DNA of 64,000 bases, from contig JBGATS010000004.1 of the NCBI GenBank assembly GCA_044229075.1, forward strand, positions 878 to 64,877, written 5' to 3'. The position numbers were made by a program, and so were the translations under genes. Below the pieces are notes generated by a model. It did not search any database. It had not been told where the DNA came from and saw only the letters and a program-made list of their open reading frames with translations. Below are positions 57,007 to 64,000 of the stretch, piece by piece. This stretch comes from Minisyncoccia bacterium. GTDB lineage: Bacteria > Patescibacteriota > Minisyncoccia > Phycocordibacterales > UBA1006. Each line of letters opens with the position of its first letter. Position 1 is the stretch's first letter.

Positions 57007-57375
57007 ATGAAATCTATGAACCAAAAAACACTCGCGGAGCTGAAAAACCTTCTCGAAGCAGAAAAAGCTTCGCTTTTTGAAGAACTTTCACATATTGGAA
57101 CCCAAAACCCGCAAACTGGTGATTGGCAGGCGATACCTGTTGAAACTGACGGGGAAGGCGAATCAGACTATAGCGACCAAGCTGACTACATCGAGGAGTT
57201 TGGATCTCGAGTAGCACGATTGGCAGAAATGGAAAAACAGTATAGTGAAGTACTCGCCGCACTCGACAGAATAGATCAGGGTGTATATGGTGTCTGTGAA
57301 AAATCAGGGCAACCAATTGAACTTGACCGACTCCTCGCTAATCCTACTGCACGAACCTGTAAAGCAATGATGTGA
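57007..57375 (+). CDS. DksA/TraR-family protein (2-Cys variant)
   Basis: Coiled-coil N-terminus. C-terminus GVYGVCEKSGQPIELDRLLANPTARTC. Extended -10 TGCTACACT is 9 nt before the ATG. Confidence 0.5.
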   Translation: MKSMNQKTLAELKNLLEAEKASLFEELSHIGTQNPQTGDWQAIPVETDGEGESDYSDQADYIEEFGSRVARLAEMEKQYSEVLAALDRIDQGVYGVCEKSGQPIELDRLLANPTARTCKAMM

Positions 57376-57439
57376 TATTAAACCAGTTATATGGTTTTTT
57401 ATTTTCAATTTTTTATTTTGTTGTTATAATCAACACACT

Positions 57440-58963
57440 ATGCTCTCTACATTTTCTCGTGTGTATTCTGCGCAACCGTTTCAGTTACAAGGACACCTCG
57501 TCACGGTTGAAGTTGATATTACTAATGGTAGTCATCATTTCAGTATTATTGGACTCCCTGACAAAGCGGTTGAAGAGTCACGTGACCGTGTATCCAGTGC
57601 TATAAAAAACTCTGGATTCATTTCGCCAAAACAAGAAAATTTCAAAACTGTTGTTTCACTTGCTCCCGCAGAACTAAAAAAAGAGGGTTCCTATTTTGAT
57701 CTTGCAATTGCGTTGGGGTACCTCCTTTCATCACATGCAATCGATTTTGATCCAGAGAAAAAACTCTTCCTAGGTGAATTATCGCTCAATGGTCAAGTAG
57801 GAAAAGTTTTCGGAGTATTGCCCTTGGTTCAGTTTGCAAAACAATCTGGTTTTACCGAGGTGTTTGTCCCAAGGGAAAACGCCCAAGAAGCTGCACTGGT
57901 TGGTGGAATTACTATCTATACAGTTGATACCTTAAAACAAGTTATCGACCACCTGACAGAATCAGAACATCTCCCACCAGAACCACAAACAGAAATTAAT
58001 TTCACTGATCGTGCGGAAATTGTGACTGATTTTTTCGATATCAAGGGTCAAGAAATTGCAAAACGAGGACTCGAAATTGCAGCTGCTGGTGGACACAACA
58101 TTGTCATGTATGGACCACCAGGAACAGGGAAAACAATGCTTGCCCGGGCGTTCACAGGAATACTTCCCATACTCTCTCTTGATGAAGCTTTGGAGGTTAC
58201 CGGTATTCATAGTATTTCCGGAAAACTCGATCGTCCACTGATTATCCATCCACCGTTCCGTAGTCCTCACCACACCTCCAGTTATGTGTCGCTCATTGGT
58301 GGTGGCGCTGTCCCAAAACCTGGCGAGGTAACGCTCGCACATCGTGGTGTATTATTTCTTGATGAGTTTCCAGAATTTGAAACACGTGTATTAGAATCCA
58401 TGCGCCAACCACTGGAGGATCGTGTGGTAAATATCTCACGAGCCAAGGGAAATGCAACGTTTCCATCACAATTTATACTGGTCGCAGCAATGAACCCGTG
58501 TCCATGTGGAAATGCAGGATCATTACATAAAAAATGTATTTGTACTCAAAATGATATCGCGCGCTATGGACGGAAAATTTCTGGGCCAATTATGGATCGT
58601 ATTGATTTATGGATTCCGGTAGAACATATTGATTATGAGAAACTTGGGAACATTCATGATGCAGAAAAAAGTGAGCTCATAAAAGAACGCGTAAAACAAG
58701 CGCGCGATCAGCAACACACAAGATTTGATACGTATAAGAAATTAAACGCACATATGCAATCGCGCGACGTAGAGCAGTTAGCTATTACCGAAGGTGCAAA
58801 ACAAACATTGAACAAGAGTGCCCAAATAATGAAACTGTCGCCGCGCGCATATCACCGTGTTATAAAACTCGCACGCACAATTGCAGATCTCGATAGGCGT
58901 GAAATAATTACAGAGGATCATATTTTAGAAGCGTTGCAGTATCGACCAAAACAACAGTATTAA
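57440..58963 (+). CDS. comM: Mg-chelatase-like AAA+ ATPase ComM/YifB
   Basis: Lon-like N-terminus. Walker A MYGPPGTGKTMLARAF. Has RGVLFLDEFPEF and a C-terminal ChlI domain. Confidence 0.9.
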   Translation: MLSTFSRVYSAQPFQLQGHLVTVEVDITNGSHHFSIIGLPDKAVEESRDRVSSAIKNSGFISPKQENFKTVVSLAPAELKKEGSYFDLAIALGYLLSSHAIDFDPEKKLFLGELSLNGQVGKVFGVLPLVQFAKQSGFTEVFVPRENAQEAALVGGITIYTVDTLKQVIDHLTESEHLPPEPQTEINFTDRAEIVTDFFDIKGQEIAKRGLEIAAAGGHNIVMYGPPGTGKTMLARAFTGILPILSLDEALEVTGIHSISGKLDRPLIIHPPFRSPHHTSSYVSLIGGGAVPKPGEVTLAHRGVLFLDEFPEFETRVLESMRQPLEDRVVNISRAKGNATFPSQFILVAAMNPCPCGNAGSLHKKCICTQNDIARYGRKISGPIMDRIDLWIPVEHIDYEKLGNIHDAEKSELIKERVKQARDQQHTRFDTYKKLNAHMQSRDVEQLAITEGAKQTLNKSAQIMKLSPRAYHRVIKLARTIADLDRREIITEDHILEALQYRPKQQY

Positions 58964-59012
58964 TTAGATGTATTACATTATACAAAAAACCACAAAATGA
59001 CTTTGTGGTTTT

Positions 59013-59987
59013 TTAATATAATATTGGCGTTTTAATACCACGAAACTCTAGGTGAAGATGGGGACCAGTTGATCGTCCTGTGTTTCCTGATTCACCAATT
59101 TTTTGACCCTGGGAAACGCGTTGGCCAGCCTCGACACTGATCGAGCTCTGGTGTGCGTACAGTGATTGCGACCCATTATCATGTTGGATAATGGTTAAAC
59201 CACCGTATCCACCATTATAGCCAGAGGCTTTTGCCACGAGTACCACACCATCAGCGGCAGCAACAATCGTGGTTCCTACAGGGGCACCAATATCAACCGC
59301 GTTATACGGCCCGTGGAATCCTTGAGTTTTTATACCACGCATTGGTTTGATGAAATATCCTTGTGCGGCAGATGAATCCTTTGTGTTCCCTGAAATTTTT
59401 GCCATTGTTTTCTTATACAATGAATCAGTTGATTTTCCTCCTTTTGTTTTTTCAGGTGAAGTATTTTTTGTAATTTTCGGAGAAGAAAAAGTAATATCTC
59501 CGTCGGGAACAATAATGGTTGTTCCTGTGGTAAGTCTTTCGTTTTTCTCGATATTGTTATAGGAAGCAACCTCGTCAATATCCGCTTTATATTTTTTTGC
59601 AATAGCTGCAATAGTGTCGCCTTTTACAACAATATGTTTCACACCAGTAATTGGTAAGATTACTAATGATTGTCCGACACGAACCGTTGCTTTTGGTGGG
59701 ATACTGTTCGCCCAGCGGATAGTGTTTGTTGATACATTGAAACGATCAGCGATTTCTGAAAGTGTGTCTCCAGACTGAACAACATAGGTAGTGATCGTGT
59801 CTCGTGAAGGAACATCAATATCCTGTTCATCATAAATATTAATCGACGCAACAAATGCATCCTGGTCTGTAGTAATAATTGATGACTCTATAGGAGTTAA
59901 TGTCATTGGTGAAAATCGCGCCTGGAGAATAGGAAGTGTTTGTGTAGTTTCTGTTCGAACACCTTGCGCCGATGCGCGATTATTCAT
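59013..59987 (-). CDS. LysM-containing M23 family peptidase
   Basis: Two LysM motifs (VVQSGDTLSEIADRFNVS and VKGDTIAAIAKKYKADIDEV). M23: NAVDIGAPVGTTIVAAADGVV...HLHLEFR. An in-frame upstream TM-like segment has no canonical start. Confidence 0.8.
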   Translation of the reverse strand: MNNRASAQGVRTETTQTLPILQARFSPMTLTPIESSIITTDQDAFVASINIYDEQDIDVPSRDTITTYVVQSGDTLSEIADRFNVSTNTIRWANSIPPKATVRVGQSLVILPITGVKHIVVKGDTIAAIAKKYKADIDEVASYNNIEKNERLTTGTTIIVPDGDITFSSPKITKNTSPEKTKGGKSTDSLYKKTMAKISGNTKDSSAAQGYFIKPMRGIKTQGFHGPYNAVDIGAPVGTTIVAAADGVVLVAKASGYNGGYGGLTIIQHDNGSQSLYAHQSSISVEAGQRVSQGQKIGESGNTGRSTGPHLHLEFRGIKTPILY

Positions 59988-60380
59988 CCATCCAGCAAAA
60001 ACATGCTGAGGAATATATATCCCAGCAATAATACCGCCTATAACGAGCCCTATAACACCTCTCCCAATGATTTGTTTTTTGTTTTGTAAAAAAGATTGAA
60101 TAAGCCAAAGAAGAATAAACTACCTAAAAATGACCAGAAAAAGATACTTTTGTGTATATAATTGTGTTTTTTAGATAATTTTTTACAAGAATTACCGAGA
60201 ACAGCCAGAACTATCGTGCCTCATATCCAGAACCGGGTTTCCCCGAACACTTCTACCAGGTTACCACAGAAAATACCCCCATCAAGTAAAAAGTATCATT
60301 ACAAAACTATATATAAACTTTGTCAAATATTGTGTTCTGTGTCTTTTAAAAACCCTTTTATGTTATACTATTGTCTATCT

Positions 60381-61205
60381 ATGCCTCTTCCTGTTATTCC
60401 AAAAAATTCTCTCGGTCAGAACTTTCTCAATTCTGACCGAGTTGTCACCAGAATTATTGACGCTGCAAACCCTGCTGCGGACGACTTGATATTGGAAATT
60501 GGTCCGGGATTAGGGGTTATCACTAAAAAGTTGTTACAGACTGCAGGGAAAGTAGTCGCCGTGGAGAAAGATCCTCATTTATACACTATTTTATCTGATC
60601 AATTCTCGAAAGAGATATCCGACGGTGTTTTGGAACTTATTTCTGGAGACATTCTTGATTTTGATCCAACTATTTTTCAGTCGCCCAAATATGCTGGCTT
60701 TCACTATAAAATAGCGGCGAATATCCCCTACAATATCACCGGACTCATTATTCGAAAGTTTCTCAGCGCGTCCTACCAACCAGAAACTATGGTGCTCCTC
60801 ATTCAAAAAGAGGTCGCCGACCGTATTATTGCTCGTGACGGGAAAGAATCTCTCTTATCATTGAGCGTAAAACTCTATGGAATCCCGAAACTAGTCACTA
60901 ATGTTTCACGAGGAAATTTTAATCCACCGCCGCGTGTTGATTCTGCGGTTATCCAAATTACTCATATTTCACGAATCCATTTTCCTAAAAAAGCATGTGA
61001 AGACTTGTTTTTCAAAATCATCCACGCAGGATTTGCTCATAAACGAAAAGTACTCTTGAAAAATTTGGTCGAAGCAAGTATTACGTCACGTGAAATCTTG
61101 GGAAAAATATTTACCGAAAGAAATCTCTCGGTGACAATTCGCGCGGAAGACTTGAAATTAGAAGACTGGATTTTTATTACTAATATAGTGTATACTACTC
61201 CCTAA
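60381..61205 (+). CDS. rsmA: 16S rRNA (adenine1518-N6/adenine1519-N6)-dimethyltransferase
   Basis: LGQNFL...DDLILEIGPGLGVIT...IAANIPYNITGLIIRKFL. TATACT is 11 nt before ATG 60381. Confidence 0.9.
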   Translation: MPLPVIPKNSLGQNFLNSDRVVTRIIDAANPAADDLILEIGPGLGVITKKLLQTAGKVVAVEKDPHLYTILSDQFSKEISDGVLELISGDILDFDPTIFQSPKYAGFHYKIAANIPYNITGLIIRKFLSASYQPETMVLLIQKEVADRIIARDGKESLLSLSVKLYGIPKLVTNVSRGNFNPPPRVDSAVIQITHISRIHFPKKACEDLFFKIIHAGFAHKRKVLLKNLVEASITSREILGKIFTERNLSVTIRAEDLKLEDWIFITNIVYTTP

Positions 61206-61206
61206 T

Positions 61207-62148
61207 ATGAATACAACGTTGTCACCATTACCTGAACAGAATCCTGTTCCCCTATCAACACCACCACAACATCCGTGGGAAAAATATTTACCGAGTCGAA
61301 GAATTCGCCTGATTATTCTAATGCTTGTTATTGGTCTCATCGGGTATGGATTATGGAAACCTGTTTCGCGTATCGTAAAAAGTTTTTTTTCAAAAGATGT
61401 TTCAGTAATGGATTCATTATTGCAAACACCTGTTACGGAACAACCAGTAACACAACTATCCATTGATAAAGATACTGATGGTGACGGTCTCGCAGATTGG
61501 CAAGAAACCCTTATTGGAACTGATCCAGAAATTCCAAACTCTGAATCAGAAATCCCGAAGGAATTGCGTGAAATTATTACCGAAAAAACTTCCGGGATTA
61601 TTACTACTGAGGATAAACTTGCATTAAATGTGTACCAACGACTTCTCTCGGAGCCAGTTGGTGAAAATATTAATCAGGCAATCCAAGCCGCCACTACAAA
61701 GGAACTACTTGATTTAGCAAACACAATTGAACAAGGGGCGCCCCAATATGGATATGACGACCTGGACTTGGTTGATATGACCAATGAATCAAAATCTACC
61801 TATCAAAGAGAAATACAGCAAATACAAAAATCCTTAACTGTATCAAAAGAAACTCTTGCAGCAATCTATACTGCATTATTAAAAAATGAAAAAACAACTC
61901 TGTTAACCAGTATTCAGTTAGGTATTACCCAACAGATTACTCGGCTACTGGAAATGCCAGTACCCCTCTCCTTTGCTGATCAGCATTTAATCGTGATCAA
62001 CACACTTTCAAAGGCAAATACTGTATTTTCTTCACCTGTTTCAGATAGTTCAATGGTATATGCAAAAGTCCTTGCTTTCCAAAAAAACAACAATGCCCTG
62101 GTCGATGCGTTAATAAACATTAATAGTTTATTGCAAATAAAAAATTAA
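61207..62148 (+). CDS. Membrane-anchored hypothetical protein with a Ca-binding-like DKDTDGDGLADWQE motif
   Basis: N-terminal TM LIILMLVIGLIGYGLW. Coupled to rsmA with a 1-nt gap. Confidence 0.5.
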   Translation: MNTTLSPLPEQNPVPLSTPPQHPWEKYLPSRRIRLIILMLVIGLIGYGLWKPVSRIVKSFFSKDVSVMDSLLQTPVTEQPVTQLSIDKDTDGDGLADWQETLIGTDPEIPNSESEIPKELREIITEKTSGIITTEDKLALNVYQRLLSEPVGENINQAIQAATTKELLDLANTIEQGAPQYGYDDLDLVDMTNESKSTYQREIQQIQKSLTVSKETLAAIYTALLKNEKTTLLTSIQLGITQQITRLLEMPVPLSFADQHLIVINTLSKANTVFSSPVSDSSMVYAKVLAFQKNNNALVDALININSLLQIKN

Positions 62149-62152
62149 TTTT

Positions 62153-64000
62153 ATGTCTACAAAATTTTTTCAAAAAATTATAAGTGTTTGTTTATTAGCA
62201 ACCTTTCTTCTCCCGAATATTATTTTTGCAGCACCAGTTTCTGATGTTGCAAATACAGCTCAGTCAACTATTAGTGCTGTTTCCGAAACTCTAGGAGTTA
62301 TTAAAGAGTATGGATTAGACACGTTGGCGGTTACGCTTGCTCAAACCATCTCTTCAAAACTTGCGAATAAAATTTTTAATAAAGCAAACGGTGGTGCCAG
62401 TGGGGATAGTTCAGAAAAAAGTTTTATTACTAATTTTTCTGACTATTTTAGTAATCTAAGTAACCAACAAGTTGATAAATTTGTCACTGAATTAGGAATT
62501 TCCAATAATCCATACGCACCTGATATTGTGAAAGGACTTATCACTAGTACCCAAAATCTTGCCCGAGACCAAAGCCCTCTGGAGGCGTTCAATCTCGATC
62601 GAGTCGTTGGGGCAGATTGGAAAGAATTTGCCACAGACGCAAGTGTGGGTGGATGGGACGGTATTCTTGCACTCTCCAACCCTGCGAACACCAATATCGG
62701 AGCAAACATTCTCGCCCAAGAAGAAATAGCGCGAAAAATAGAACAAGCAAAAGAGCTCGAACAAATAAAGCTCACCAGTCCTGGAACACGACCTCAAGGA
62801 AAATGTTCCCTTGACTTTAAACAATATAAAGAAGATATAAACAAAATCAAACAAAACAGAAGTAATCTCGGACCTGATGGGAAACCTATTACAAATGATA
62901 GGGCTACTCCAAGCAACCCAAGAGCAATACCAAGTACTACAAATCTTGGGCCTGATGGGAAACCTGTTGCAGACGACCAAAATACGTTAACTCCATTACA
63001 AGAAAATGTAGCAACAAGTCTTTCTCTTGCAGAAGATTATGGTGGTTGTCTCCAAGAGATGATTAACAACCCTGTTGGTTTAGTAACGAGTGGTATTGAT
63101 AGTGCGCTTGATCAGGCAAGCGACCGTCTCACCCAAGGTGATGAATTAGGCGAACTCATTGGTGGAGTACTCACTACCATGTTATCAACCTTTATTAAAT
63201 CAGGACTCACTGCACTGCAAGCAGATTTCCAATCGAATCGTGGTGTTGGTGGTCCAGAACAGCTGGTAGCCACAAACGGACAAACCATTCCCTGGACACA
63301 GGCACCACAAACAATTATTGACCTGAAGGAGGAATTTCCAGGTGCATTATCTGATACAGAAAAAGAAGTCGAAAATTTAAGAGAGTACATTACCAAAATT
63401 ACGGAAACCACCGAATCCGGGAAAACCTACGCGTCAATGATCACACAGCTGGATCAATGTATTCCTGGTCCAGATCATGGGTATAAGAAACGATTATCAG
63501 CGTATGTCAGCAAACAAACCAAAAGACTTGAAAAAAGAAAAGACAAGGGGAAAAATGCAAAAACAGTAGCAAAAAATAATGCACTCGAAAATATTGACGC
63601 AAGTTTGGACGCTGCAAAACTCTATACCGACCTATTCATGAACAATGATGTTTATAATATTCCTGGGGCAGGAATTATGATCAGCCAAGTAAAAACCATT
63701 GATATCCTGGCAGATCGGTATCAAAACGCAAAATCAGAACTCACCAATAAACAAATCACCCTTAATTTATTATATTCATTGGAGAGCGCACTCCAGACAA
63801 ACCTGAAAAGTATTAAACAATTTATCCCAGGATTACCAGAAAAATTAGTGTTTACTAATACTACCTGGAACAACCTATCAGCTACAGAAAAAAATACACT
63901 GGTAATATGGTCAAAAACAATAGCAAATGTTCCAAAGGAGGCACCATTAACCATTGAAAATTGGAACGCGTTATCGGCAGCACAAAAAAACACAATGATT
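62153..64000 (+). CDS. Large secreted hypothetical protein, 3' partial (runs off the right window edge)
   Basis: Signal peptide MSTKFFQKIISVCLLATFLLPNIIFAAP. Coding-like + frame through 64000. Short repeats NLGPDGKP. Not in the track because it has no in-window stop. Confidence 0.55.
   Translation, partial: MSTKFFQKIISVCLLATFLLPNIIFAAPVSDVANTAQSTISAVSETLGVIKEYGLDTLAVTLAQTISSKLANKIFNKANGGASGDSSEKSFITNFSDYFSNLSNQQVDKFVTELGISNNPYAPDIVKGLITSTQNLARDQSPLEAFNLDRVVGADWKEFATDASVGGWDGILALSNPANTNIGANILAQEEIARKIEQAKELEQIKLTSPGTRPQGKCSLDFKQYKEDINKIKQNRSNLGPDGKPITNDRATPSNPRAIPSTTNLGPDGKPVADDQNTLTPLQENVATSLSLAEDYGGCLQEMINNPVGLVTSGIDSALDQASDRLTQGDELGELIGGVLTTMLSTFIKSGLTALQADFQSNRGVGGPEQLVATNGQTIPWTQAPQTIIDLKEEFPGALSDTEKEVENLREYITKITETTESGKTYASMITQLDQCIPGPDHGYKKRLSAYVSKQTKRLEKRKDKGKNAKTVAKNNALENIDASLDAAKLYTDLFMNNDVYNIPGAGIMISQVKTIDILADRYQNAKSELTNKQITLNLLYSLESALQTNLKSIKQFIPGLPEKLVFTNTTWNNLSATEKNTLVIWSKTIANVPKEAPLTIENWNALSAAQKNTMI

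Noticed and set aside
60162-60380. Long N-terminal extensions of track ORFs (rsmA 60162, ATPase 17921, tsaE 22479, tig 8459, clpP 9821, tmk 28868, rplK 30732, pspC 52532, rpsP 47849)
   Set aside because: Conserved protein N-termini and the TGnTATACT promoter positioned 6-11 nt upstream of an internal ATG support shorter genes. The extensions overlap terminators, promoters or a tRNA.
62443-63993. Minus-strand track ORFs 62443-62775, 62492-62980, 63112-63411 and 63721-63993
   Set aside because: They are antisense shadows of the long + strand secreted-protein gene beginning at 62153, which runs off the window edge.
1-64000. Alternative genetic code (UGA recoding, as in SR1/Gracilibacteria)
   Set aside because: Long housekeeping ORFs (argS, pyrG, uvrD, comM, rny) are intact under the standard code.

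Overview
AT-rich window (roughly 35% GC by eye) from a small-genome bacterium, standard genetic code, densely packed with housekeeping genes: tig, clpP, rny, hup, uvrD/pcrA, dsbA/dsbB-like pair, tsaE, argS, tmk, thyA, rplK, nusG, secE, xerC/D, xthA, pyrG, rpsP, cca, pspC, yraN, rpsO, comM, ksgA, plus tRNA-Gly(UCC), tRNA-Gly(GCC) and tRNA-Arg(UCG). Promoters are classical sigma70-like (TTGACA-N17-TGnTATACT). Most genes appear leaderless: the -10 box sits 6-9 nt before the ATG and there is no Shine-Dalgarno. Taxonomy is uncertain. The sortase-like anchor, DUF11 surface protein, PPIase-less trigger factor and rplK not followed by rplA suggest a CPR/Patescibacteria-like or other reduced lineage, yet one large secreted protein carries a Bacteroidota-type T9SS C-terminal sorting domain. 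Most striking structure: 13 parS-type palindromes (consensus TGTTTCACGTGAAACA) within 3.3 kb at 49974-53279, most inside the cca and yraN coding sequences. Next to them lies an AT-rich 360-bp intergenic region with perfect DnaA boxes, a candidate oriC/centromere. Other notable items: (1) a family of five GC-rich long palindromes (core GGGGGCGCC-TGC-GGCGCCCCC flanked by AATACAA...TTGTATT) between 32 and 46 kb; (2) a surface-protein island at 33.3-39 kb with duplicated structured promoter-leader modules; (3) a 32-bp perfect tandem duplication that truncates one member of a paralogous gene pair; (4) a bacterial SET-domain protein; (5) a methyltransferase inserted antisense between nusG and rplK; (6) a wHTH-phosphoribosyltransferase fusion with a perfect operator palindrome; (7) ThyA and CCA enzymes with insertions; (8) a partial tRNA-Gly 3'-end repeat; (9) two secreted proteins whose N-terminal hydrophobic segments lack a canonical in-frame start. 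No CRISPR, rRNA, IS/transposase or prophage was recognised.
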